Positions 45,901 to 62,231 of a stretch of DNA of 64,000 bases are shown here, one piece after another. The stretch lies in the NCBI GenBank assembly GCA_001244265.2, contig CDLV01000004.1, positions 2,728,001-2,792,000 of the forward strand. The letters run 5' to 3'. Position 1 is the stretch's first letter, and the number at the start of each line of letters is the position of its first letter. The notes under the pieces are model-generated. The model had not been told where the DNA came from and ran no database searches. It saw nothing but the letters and a program-made list of their open reading frames with translations. The translations under genes were made by a program, and so were the position numbers. The stretch comes from Microbotryum violaceum (Eukaryota).

Positions 45901-48900
45901 AGCGACATCAGGCAGGATGCGCTCAGCCTCGACAAGTCCAACATGGATCGTGTCTGCGCGAAACTCGAAGCAGACGGCCTAACGTTCAATTTGCACGTAG
46001 ACGACACGAAGTGTCGATCCAGGATGCGAACCACTCCATACTACTCAGAAGACCTCAGTTTAGAGCGCGAACTACGTACAAAGGGCATATTCCGCCACGA
46101 GCTGATCGGATCAATTGGTCCGCCACGCATCTACGAAACTCCGGGTGAACTCCCTGATATGCTCAGCGGACCTGACCCCCCGGTTGCTGGAACCAAAGTG
46201 AGTGGCAATGATTCTTTTAAGTTTGTACTTCATTTCCAAGAGGCTTTAACATGTGTCGCCTCTTCATTCAGATCCGAGCTTACATGATAGCACCGAACGA
46301 TGTTGGCTCCCCAGCACAGGTGTGTGCCGCTTTTGTGATCGGCGAAACTACGAACGCGGAGGACGTGACCGAACAGTTACATTCAGTGATACAAGAATTA
46401 ATAAAACGTTGCGTCGCACACCTTCTGGTATCCATCTCCGCAGATGGTGCGGCAAGCGAGGGTGTGCTGCAACGTAATGTTGCCGTCCTTCTGCGCGATC
46501 AGGGTGGCGCTGTTGCTCAAACCGGATCAAGGAACGCGTCATCATACACCCTCCCCTCCCCAGATCCGGGCGAAGTGTTTCCTGAAATCATTATATCGAC
46601 CGTCAACGTCGCGGGAACGCCGATAGTCTTTTGTCGGGACGAAAAACACCTGGCCCAATGTCTGAGGAACGCTATCGACTCTGGAGCAAGATTGCTGTTC
46701 GGTGGTCTCGGATGCATTGCCTACCAGGATATGCTCACCATCCTGGGCGGACTGGAGTCGCGTCGTACTCTGTCTCGTCGTGATGTGGTCGGGCGTGATC
46801 GTCAAGACGACAATGCAACACATCGGGCATTCTCCAAGGCGACGCTCGAACTCGTAACCGAACTCGCTGAAGACAAAAAACTCGACCCCGATGCGGTCGT
46901 ATATCTCTTCTTATGTGGCGAGTTACACGATGCGATCCAGAACCGGTCGCTTCAGCCCCTTGAACGTATCAGGATGTTGCTCGTTGTCAGATATACGTTC
47001 GAGGCGTGGTATGACTTTGTCCGAAGTCGCCCCGGATCTAGCTCTCACTCGTTCCTCGCCAAAGAAACGCTTGATGGGGTCAGGAAGATGGTTGACTCAA
47101 CGATTGCTCTCGTCCGCAACTACCGAGATTTTTGGCCAAAGGAATCGTTCATTCCCTGGCGGCATGGCACAGAAATGGTGGAGCACTTCTTCGGGGGTAT
47201 ACGCCAGATTGTAAAGGAGTTCGATGCTCTAGAGTTCTTGCAGGTGCGTTCTTCATGAATCAATCTAATCTATACAGTAGTTAACCCGGCTAGAATCCGA
47301 CAGGCAACTGGCAAAGTCACTGCACTCTTGGAGCTCATGAGGAAGTTTAAGACCGAGGCGGTGGGATCACGTCAAGGTTACCATCATACCTACAACGACC
47401 TCGACGATCTTGACCTTGTTGCGATGCGAACGTTCCCCAGTGATGGCGACATCTCTCTCACCAGTTTTGCAGCGGCAAATACTGCGCGTGAACTGCTTTC
47501 AGGTTTACGCATGTGGGAGCCTGTGCAACGCATCGCGTCCAACAGACGCAACCAAGGTCCGCAACCTGACATACTCGTCGAGGACGTACTCGCCCGTGGC
47601 ACAACAGTTCAAGGTATGGAGTTGCGAACGACTTGGTCAATAAGTGATGCGTATCTGACACGGGATACCATGCCCACTTGAAGTAGATCTTGAAGACCAT
47701 CATCCTACCAAGGAAGATCAAGGTCTGCTCCGCACCGAATTGCTGGATTCTGCTCTTGATGGCATGCGGCGTAGCACGTGCCAAGGTGTTGTGAAACTGG
47801 ACCCAAACGAGCGGGAAGCTGTCGACCGTGCAATTCGATCGCTTGCAGCTCTGGACTTTGACGTTGAGGCAGCCTTGTGAGTGGACACTTCTCTGTGCCA
47901 CGTGGGCTGAAGCGTTCTTCTACCTATTAATCCGGACCTCATATTGTTTTCCTTTCTCATTGGCCAGATTCGACGTGCAAATCGCTTACGACGAAGCTGA
48001 TAGACAAGCTGAGGAACGCTACGTACTTGAGACCATTGAGAAGGCAAACAGCTCATTACGTCCAATCGTGCGTCTACCAAGCTCAACTAGCGTAATTTCG
48101 ATCTGAGCTCATGCATCTTCGGTACTATACAGCCTACACACTTGAAGCTTCCGCCTCTTGTTGATGCTCGCGATACCAGTTTCTCGCTGAACTGGGCCAG
48201 CTTGATTGCCCATCGAGCTGCTCATGAGTGTAGCCACCTCAGAGCTGTTCTACTCAAAGGGAGGCCAATGTAATTGAGCGACACAAGTCGCGGAGAGGCA
48301 GGCTTAGAGATTAGCAATACAGAGCAAGGACGTAGTGCAGTACATTCACGCGTCTTGAAAGGGTTGGTGCAGTCCATGGGACCATCTCGCTTCGAAGACA
48401 TTGCGGGCACCGCAAGGAGCTTTCGCTGCACTGGAGGTGGCCAGGTGGCCCGAGCGCTCACAACAAACGAGATTCAGAAGAACGCCTATATTGAGGACGG
48501 CCGCATTCAAGTGAGTTGTTGCTGAATTTAGGAACGAAGGCAGCTGGATCTAATGTTTTGCCGGTCCTATACTTTTAGGAAAAGCTCCCTGAGAGAGACA
48601 AGCAGTATGGAGCGCTAGCACAACGCTGTCCTCATTTTGGATCGCTTGACGGAGCTGTAACCGCTGCCACACCATTGGAGATTGGATCTCTGATCTGCTT
48701 TGGCCTCAAGTGTGGCATGCATTCACTCAGCGGCGATCAAACTGTTTATGGAGAAGAAGCGCTGTCTATCGGAATTGGTACGTTGTGTTGACTGGCAGTT
48801 GAGGAAGTTCTCGTTTGACACAAGTCTTGTGTCCTACAGTGCGACACATCTACAGCAAAGTGACAACAAACCACTGCAACCAAGACACGCTCGCCTCGTT

Positions 48901-49551
48901 GGTTCTACTCTCAAATGTCGTCGTACAGGAGCTTCGCCCATCAAGAAAACATGCTATTCCACACACTTCATTGATGGCACTATGCCGTTCCGCATGATTG
49001 ATGGTCGACAGGTCATCGAGTCATTAGGCCCGTCAACGACTACATATCGTTCAACCACGGACCTTACCTCATGTTACCCGGACGAGCGCCTAATCAGCAC
49101 GAGCGCACATGCCGAGCAAAGGTTTGCCGCCCTTCGGAGCGTGCCCGGCCTGCGAGATGCCGCCGGCAGAACCTCTACAAGCCGCATAAATGCCACCGCG
49201 GAAACAAGGAGCTCAACTTCAGCAAAAAGGAAGTCTGACAACGAAGCAGCGAGCCAGCCAGCAAAGCAAGGAAGGCTTGTTTGAAGCGTGGAGCCACGCG
49301 CAACACCAGCCGAAGCGACACGCGCCGCAAGCCACTTTCGATAGGCCGCCGCGCGCCCGCAAACGCTCGGAACGCGTTTTCGAAGACTTTTGAGCGATTT
49401 TTGGAGCATGTAGAACACATTTTGATAATATTTCCGAGGCGCATGCGAAATTTTGACATTTTGGGGCCAAAATAGGGTAAAAAACTTTGACAAAAAAGCC
49501 AAAAAAGGGCGTTTTTCCGCATGCGCCTCTGGCTGGGCTTTCGGGGGTCCT
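42988..49551 (+). mobile_element. P-element-like DNA transposon copy 2 (6.6 kb), ~31-bp TIRs, 8-bp TSD CGCAGC(G/T)C
   Basis: TIR AGGACCCC(C)GAAAGCCCAGCCRGAGGCGCAT at 42988-43017 and 49521-49551. CGCAGCGC at 42980-42987 and CGCAGCTC at 49552-49559. LINE ORF2 resumes on both sides. Confidence 0.93.
43407..49284 (+). pseudogene. Spliced Ulp1/C48 peptidase + Zn-binding + P-like DDE transposase gene (copy 2)
   Basis: WLGE..VN, NHW..INSL..QQEDSYSCG; CGRC..H..C; LHVDDTK; SISADGAASE; RDEKHLAQCLRN; DRQDDNATHRAFS; TEMVEHFFGGIR. Frameshifts near 44897 and 45922. Confidence 0.87.
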
Positions 49552-52182
49552 CGCAGCTCCGCGCCGTAGCGCGAGTGATCTGCCTTCTCCTCCTCCGATC
49601 CTCCACAACGGAAGCGGGCAAGTGTGCGAGCCAGAGCCTGAAGCTCGGGCAGCAAGTGTTGTTTGGTGGACGTCGAAGCTGCTGATGGGTCGTCGGGCGT
49701 CTGGAGGAGGGCTTCATTGTAGAGGGTCTGGACAGTGGAGGTGAGGTACTCGCAGGTCGCGTCGCCCTCGATCACGTGCAAACCCAGCTTGAATTTGCCC
49801 GGACCGATGTCGATTGCGCCCGGCACTTGGAACCGTGCCACAACCATTGAGTGCGTCAATTTGAGGACAGGAGCCCAAATTTTGTGATCATGGAAGAGGT
49901 CGACCCAATCAGGCGAGACATAGATGCGATCAAGGCGACGGCACGTGCCGGGCGCTGAGCGATTCGTCGTGGCACGTCCTTTGGGATGATGGAGCCGATA
50001 GGCGTCGAAAAGATTATTGGCCGTGGCAAGGTCGCGCATCTCCTGGCCCCATAATTCGTCCCGTTTTGGTTCTCCGAATCGAGGGGCTGGGACTCAACAC
50101 AATTCCAGTCCCCCCGACTAGGAGCGCAGGCGGCGAGGGTTCGTCACGTACAACTTGTTGGAGGGCGGTGCTGAGGTGTGAGAGGAAGCGTTTTTGTCTG
50201 GCTTGTCGGAGGAAGGCGCGTATATTGATACAACCCGGACTTTTGAATCACCCACACAAAAGGTGGCGTCGGTGACTCGGTCCGGGAAAGAGAAAGAGGC
50301 ACGAAGAGTGTTTGGAGGCGACTCGGGATCAAAAGTAATGACCACGGAGTCGCTCTCCCAAAGTATGGCAGTGTTGTTGAAAGGAGTGAAAAGAGCGGAG
50401 AGCTTTAAGTCTTGGCACTCCTGAGTCCACTGGGCCACCCTTTCGGGGGAAGGTTGGCCAGTTTCGCTCAGGAGAAAGACGTCGGCATTATGGGAGCGGA
50501 GATTGGAGAAAAGAGAGGCACGCTTACGGTCTTCATTGATTGACTGCACGTTGGCAGCAACAAAAGACACGTTTGGGATTTTAGTTGTGCTCATCATCTT
50601 GGTCCATAGCGTCTTCCACGTCCTTAGGAGGTGCTTCTTGGTCTTTGGCTTCTTCGTCGGCCTCGTCGTCAGTGTCGGCGTCATCGGGTTGGGCTTTGGG
50701 CGCGGCCGAGGGCAACGGCGTGGGCAAAGACGGCTCGGGGCTCGGCTCGGAGGCTTCGAGGGCAGGCGCAGTGGGAGGGGCTTCACGAGTGGCTGGCTTG
50801 GAGAGGGCGGCAATCGACTTGGATCGAGTTATGATCGACTTTGGCGTGGCCGGAGGAGGGCTTGGGGATGGAGAGGTGGTCTCTGAGCTGGGGGACTCGG
50901 AGGATTTTCCAACTAGGGAGTAGGCAATTCCCTGATTGGAGGCAGGCTGGGGGGCAGGAGGAGTGGCAGTTCTGCAAGGGAAATTGAAGGAGAACTCGGG
51001 GCGGGCATTCTTCGACAGAGAATCGGGCTGAGCTCTGTTGGACAGATCTTCAGTCTGGGCAGCCAGATCCTGTTCCACTCGACGTTTTTTGGTCGTGCGG
51101 TTGCGGGCGGAGGCCGGGGAGATCGACTTGGACACGGCGGCGGGGGCGGCGGTGGTAACGGTGGAGGCTTGCTGGGCACGTGACGTGGGGGGTCCCTGGG
51201 GCTCGATGCATGACGGGCCGGGCAGTGCTGGGTGGCGTGCGAGGTGCTCGCGCAGGACTTGCACGCCGGGGCGACGGGGCAATCCTTACGGACGTGAGCC
51301 GCGGAACGGCAGAAGACGCAGTTGCGCATGCCACCGGTGATCCTCAGTGGGATTCGCTCAGTGACACCGTCACGAGCAATAGAAAGTGAGGCAGGGGGGC
51401 AAAACATCTACATCCTTAAGGGAAAGGATAAAGTCGTACACCCCAGAGATGTTTTTCGTCTTTACAATGTATTGGATGCGACGACGGAGGACCGTGCCAT
51501 AGGCAGCGATCTGCTCATCGAAATAGGCAGAGGCCCTCGGGGTCGGAGAAAAAGCCCGTAAGGGTGCATTGTACAACACCTCCTCTGGTAGAGCTGTACA
51601 GCTTCTCGACTTTGCACAGAGTCTTGCCAACAGTGAGGCCGTTGACCACCAGGGTGTCGAGATCGGCGGCCTTGGGAAAGCGGAGGCCGCGCTGACCCTT
51701 GATGACGCATGGCATTGCGCCGGTAAGGCCAGGGTAGTATTTGTCAAGCGCGAGGAGGACTTGCTCGACCGAGGTTGAGGGTGGGGTGTTGATGATGACA
51801 CAATTCTCGATGTTGTGCATCAGTGGATGGGCGGCGACGGCAGTCGAGGCGTTGGCGGTGGCGTTTCCGTGCTTCGCAGCGGGGGAGAGGCGAGTTGAAG
51901 CGAGGCCGTCGATGATCGCCTTCAGGGCCGCGTCATCGGCGCGCAAAGCGTTCGGCGGGGCGCGCATATCCATATTTCTGGGCGCGCGGAGGCCCCGGGC
52001 GCGCAAATCCATTTGTTGCCCAAACGGCGGCCCATAGTGGCTGGCTGTGGCTGGCTGTGGGCGACAGGCCGGCGCCAACTCGGTCGAGGCGCGTCGCATT
52101 ACACTTTGCACTCCAACCACACTTGGTGTACGCACAACTTAGTCAATCGTTCACCAAAACATAATCGACTCCTAGTCTGCAC

Positions 52183-53424
52183 ATGTCTCCGGATCCTCCA
52201 GCAGCAGGTAGTGGCGTGTCCGTCGCTGATCAACCCGTCGCGTCGACCTCCACATCGTCGTCATCGTCATCCGCCCCGGTCGCACCACCCCCCGCACCTC
52301 AACCAACCGAGGACTCGCACCCTATTCCTCTCTCTAAATGTCAGCTCTCCGACCTGACCGACCTCGAGATCGCCTCCCTGACGCAACAGATCAAAGCCGA
52401 GTCGGCGAACGTGCGACCTCTGATCGGCGCGCTCGAGCCTCTCGAACGGTTCAAGGACGAGTACGACTCGGAGAGGGTCAGGGGCAAGATCGAGTGGTTG
52501 AGTAAGAGTGGATGGACGGGGTTGAGGAGATCGAGAGGCGATGGAGACTGTTTCTATCGATGTACGTGTTGAAGGGGGTGGAGGGCGTGTCTCAGGGCCG
52601 AGATAGGGACAAGCAGACACGGTTGACATCTCCTGGTGTCTCGTACAGCATTCGCTTTCAGCTTCCTCGAACGACTCGTACCTCTACCTCCATCCTTTGC
52701 TCAACTGTCGCTTTCCAAGATCGAGTCACTATTGCCGCTGCTGGATCAAGCGTGGGTCCGGCCGAGCGCTTCAGCGCGCACGACCAGGCGATCCGAGCTG
52801 ACTCTGATGCAGAACCTCGTCGTTGCCCACAGTGGATTCGCAAAGGACATTTACGAGGATTTTTACGAACCTATGAGAGGCTTGCTGGTCGCGTTGGGAT
52901 CCAACGATCCGTCAAAGAGGTGGGTGCGGCGTCGAATACCTCAGGCAAGCCGAAAGACTGACTTGGACCTAAATTCGAGGACCGCGACCCACAGGCCGGC
53001 GTCAGCAACACTCGAAGCGTCCTTCAACGACCCCGAAGTATCCAACTCGATCGTCGTCTTCCTCCGCCTCTTGACATCGGCCTACCTCCGCGCCAACGCC
53101 AACGACTTCGTCCCTTTCCTCTTCGCTCTCGACGATGACCCGCGCTTCTTCGAAGGGGGCGTACCCACCATGGGGCAATTCTGTGGGTTTCATGTCGAAG
53201 CCGTCAACAAGGAGGCGGATCATGTACAAATTACGGCGTTGAGTAGGGCGTTGAGGATAGGGCTGAGGATCGCATACCTGGATCAGAGTACGAGCAAAGA
53301 GGGGGAGGTCGGCGAGGTGGATTTTGTCGAGTTCGAGGTGGATGGAGAGGAGAAGGCAGGAGTTGAGAGATTGGATGGCGCGTTGCTGTATACGGTCAAT
53401 CATTACGATGTGATGTACAGGTAG
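52183..53424 (+). CDS. Otubain-type (OTUB1-like, peptidase C65) ubiquitin thioesterase, 4 exons, apparently intact
   Basis: RRSRGDGDCFYR (catalytic Cys), FLRLLTSA, EADHVQITALSRAL, LLYTVNHYD (catalytic His). GT-AG introns at about 52562-52649, 52752-52832 and 52920-52994. Confidence 0.9.
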
Positions 53425-54397
53425 AGGGATGCGATCCGAAACACTTGTAATGGTTTAAGGGGCATGTTAAGACTATGATGTGATGTACAGGTATAATTGT
53501 ACGAGGGATGCAATCCGAGACGCTTATGATGGTTTAAGCATCTGATGAGTTTGTCCTTTGTGCGTAGAAGCAGCATAACAGTGCCTTCATTCTTCAACAG
53601 AACTACTCACACAAGTGGCGGCCACCGGGATGTGTCGTCTGGCATCGAAATGGTTGACCGACACGGCGATGGAATCTAAATCGATTACAATCTGGCGGTG
53701 AAGAAGGCTCAAACGGTTGAAGAAAAGTGTCGCCTCAGCCGCTCGGTACATTCTCACACTCTCGGTTTTGGGGGATCAGCAGCAGTCGAGAGGGAAATGA
53801 TAGCGTACCGTGTCATTAATCATGATGCGGGGGAATAGTGGGAAGGATTCAGGGTTAGCCCAACAACATGTTCAGCTATTGCGGACGCGGGAACGCACCG
53901 AACGGCTGAAGCGACACTCCTTTTCAGCCGCTCGAGCCTCCTTCGCCGCCAAAATGTAGTCGATCCGGAGCCCCTCGCCGTGTCAATCGCCACAACGTTG
54001 CCATACGACCCGTCCCGGTCGCTGAAGCGGTAGTTTTAGAGCTGGCGATGCCCTGTCACGCACCGCAAAGGGTCGTCGTTGAAGGTGCACCCCTCAGCGC
54101 GCTGTCCCGCTCCGCTCTGAGCACCCACCCTCAATCGCACCCTCGAGATTGCGCGGGAGCGGCTTGGTGATCTCGAGCGTGCCGAGTGAGCCGTAGCATT
54201 CTTCGTGAACGACGACCTACTTGGCCCGCGGGTGAGAATTTGAAGGAGTTCATCGCCGGGTAGGAACATGGGAAGGGTTCTTTACTCGGTGCGAAAGACG
54301 CCGACCAGCGGAGCGAGCCCTCGAGGTCTCTTTTCTTGGATCAGGTTGCGAATCTCGGCCAAGTCCGAGTTGCGCGACTCCTGGACCCAGGTGATCG

Positions 54398-59234
<4,837 letters not shown>

Positions 59235-59511
59235 GATCGTCATCGCGCGGGTCCTGACCTTGGCGTCCTCACCAATGGTGATTTTGTATGTCGACATCGC
59301 ACGGCCGGACTCTCTTCGTCAACGGAACAAAAGCTTCTCAATCTTGACGCTGGACAGCGTGCTGAACTCCGCGGCCGCCGCGTGTAATTGGCGCTCTCAT
59401 CATCGGTGAGCCTGCTCCGTTCGGCTTGATCCCCTTGCGTACGCTTCACTGTTCTCCTCTTTTCACGATCACCGTCGTCCACGTCAAGCGCGACAATATT
59501 TAAACCCAAAA

Positions 59512-60835
59512 ATGACCCGAACAAGCAGACACCATACCTCGTCAACTCGCCAGAACACCCGCCGCGAGGCGGATCTATTCGCAGAATTTCGTAGCCGCGA
59601 TCTTTCGCTGTGTCAATACCTGTTGTCGTACTTCAGCCCTTCCACACGCTTTGAAGGCGTTCAAACACACCGACCAAAGCTGTTCAACAGCAACTGGTCC
59701 AGCCTCAAGCGTGTGCTTGATCTGATTCTACGACTTGCACGTGAGGATGGCGCAGAGTCAAGCAGCCGAATCAATGACTGGATCGCCGAGCAGGTGGGCA
59801 GCACTTCGTACTTCTCGGATTGATTCTCCGGATTCGAAAAAGCTACTGAATACTTGCCTTATCCGCGTGCAGGCCGACTCGATCATCATTAAAGAGATGA
59901 AGCGAACCAAGTCGGCCTTCGTCGCTAGTCATGACTTGACTCCCGAAGGCCTCGCATCCGATTACATCGACGCCCGGCTCGATGCAATCGCCGAAGACAA
60001 CCCTTTTTATCAGCGGACGGATTCGTAACTTGCTATCACAATGCGGAGACCCACCACCGGCTGAGCCAATCAATTGCGACAAGGACCCAACAGCCTCCAC
60101 TGATGTCGAGATGAAAGAAGCCACCCCGGAGAATGGTTCCGATCCAGAGCAAGAGCAAGAGCCTGGTCACGAAAAAAGGCGTATCGAGTTTGTGAGTGTT
60201 TCTGACCCTAGCTCGGCTGGGTATCGCAGCGAACTGACACCAAAGATCAACACGCTGGCCGCAGCTTTACCGCAGTGTCATGGGTCAGATCGCAATTCGC
60301 TTGCAACCGAAGGAACAACGCCATGCAGCATCGCAACGGTCTCATGACTCTCGCATGTGGAGCGAACGACCGATTGACAACATTTCTGTACGATTGCGGC
60401 TTGACGACATCTCGCTGGGCGACTCTCCAGGCAGCTGCGAGCTTGACGAAGGCGAATTCGACGAAACTGAAGGAGATTGGCTCGAACAAGTACTTCCATG
60501 TGACCGTCGACAACATTGACGTCACACATCACGTCAACGATCAGCAATTGGATCGACGAACCGAGCTGCTTCATGGAACTTTTGGTTACGTCCACATTCA
60601 GAACGGAGATGTTGCCGGCGCTTACAACCTTTGAGCCTACTCTGCACATCAAGCGTCTTTACCGCGAGTCAATCTCCAGCATCTCCTCCCAACTTCCCAA
60701 TTCGACTCGTCATCTACAACTGGGATCAAAGCCCAGATATATCGAGCGCTTGCTCGACTGGTTCCTCATCTTGGCCTCGGTCTTCGCGGTCCTCGATGCA
60801 CACCACCCCCTGTCCTCGTCATAGACGGGCAACTT
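59512..60835 (+). pseudogene. 3'-truncated DUF6589/AcademH-type transposase
   Basis: Spliced frames with NRRNNAMQ..NGL..LACG..DRL..FL..CGLTTS and VTVDNID..HGTFGYVH. Coding sense ends at a junction near 60835. Confidence 0.68.
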
Positions 60836-61635
60836 GACATGCTCTCAAAAGGACTCCTTAGAGATCAACTTTGCCCAAGCTGCATTGTTGATATGCATTT
60901 CAGGAGACTTGACACGCAGCAAACAGGAAGGAAAATCAACACATCTGCACTTCACTCAAACAGGAGGTCAATCGGCACATACGATCAGAATGAAGGAGAT
61001 CGTGTGACTGGGGTCGTCCAACTGCCTGTACAGCTCGCCATCTCTCCAGGTCTCCTCAGATACCACAACCGCTTTCTTTCCCTTTCGATTGAGATTGGCA
61101 GCCTGAAAGAAGCATATGACCGCGGAAATCAGCACGGATGTCGGTCCAGCAAGCCCAGTCGGCAGAAAAACTCACCTGATGATTGCTCAGTGCATTCAGT
61201 GGACTGACAGCAATGGTGACGGCCCGGCGTCCATAAATGAGATACATTGCTTCGAAAATAACACTTTTGCCTGAACCTGTTGGCGCTGTGACGAACACAG
61301 CGTCATATCGATCCCGGTTCGCAAATTGATCGAGTTCGAAAAGTGCAGCAATGGCCTCGATCTGCACAGGCCGGGGGCTAGAGTCCTCGCCAAGACTTTC
61401 GCCCAGAATAACTTTGATCTTCTTGCGTAATTCGCTGGAATCTCGTCGGTACTCCTGAGTCAAACGTGGCCTCCAGTGACCGAGAACGGTTGTCGGTTTG
61501 GTTGAATGATTCGGTGCTGGGGTCGTAGGACTGGCCCTTGAAGCTGATCGCAAGGGAGACGCCCTGAACTCAATTGACGGATGTCGACGGGGCGGTCCCC
61601 TAACCGGCCTGGGTGTTTGTACCGACATGGCTCAT
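60835..61635 (-). pseudogene. 3'-truncated RecQ-like SF2 helicase, convergent with the DUF6589 gene
   Basis: PRPVQIEAI (Q motif), APTGSGKS (motif I), VSPLNAL..HQ (Ia), spliced SPEM (Ib). The sequence breaks just before the DExH box. Confidence 0.82.
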
Positions 61636-62231
61636 CATGAGGGGAGGTGCGATGTTGAGTGGAGAGAGAGGATGCGTGAGGCGCGGCCGGGCTTCAGTGA
61701 CCTGGATCTATGCAGCCTTCGACGCGGACTGGACTACGACTGGTCCGTGCGCCGACCTGCGTCTCGTTCGGAATCAGTTGATTCAAGCTGCTGTAGCGAG
61801 ATGATCAAGCGTTCCTAGACTTCAAGCTTCGGTGAAGCCTCATCAATAATGATGAAGTAAAAACATATCGCTCCAGTTTTCAGATAGCACCAATATATGC
61901 CATGCTACAGCAAGGGGGCACTTTTCAGGGCCAAAATCTCGGGGGCAACTGGGCCAAGCGCGCCGATAACTCACAAGCCCCTCCCTTTGGGAGGGGCGTA
62001 AAGGGAGGGGCGTCGAGCTTACAGGGAGCCCATGCTTGAAGCGATGCCGATGAGTGCAAGGCGGTGGGGGAGGGTTGAAGCTTGAAGGTGGGCCGGGGGT
62101 GCCAGTGCCATGTGCTGAGGCAAAGGGCCGATTAGCATAGGCGAGTTAGCAAGTGCACTACTTAGCCGCTATTCTGCCTCCGGGTGCATGCCGGGGGGGG
62201 GACTGTACCCACCTCTGGCTATATATCTAAG

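Larger units (their letters stand above)
41024..51880 (-). mobile_element. Near full-length degenerate L1/Tx1-type LINE (ORF1 ~50581-51850, ORF2 ~41198-50580), interrupted by P-like copy 2
   Basis: ORF1 has twin CCHC knuckles (CVFCRSAAHVRKDC, CKSCASTSHATQHC). AP endonuclease ANVQSIN/LSET/RLDRIYVS. RT SSPGPDG, QRGFVPNR, DFEKAYD, GVRQGDPLAP with an eroded ADD site. C-terminal CVMC..HL..GC. A-rich tail at 41024-41038. Confidence 0.92.

Noticed and set aside
49074-50039. 321-aa ORF as a fusion gene
   Set aside because: It is the LINE endonuclease frame reading by chance into the TIR of the inserted transposon.
53407-53538. Duplicated otubain 3' end as an alternative exon
   Set aside because: It is a short diverged local duplication with an immediate stop and no supporting splice site.
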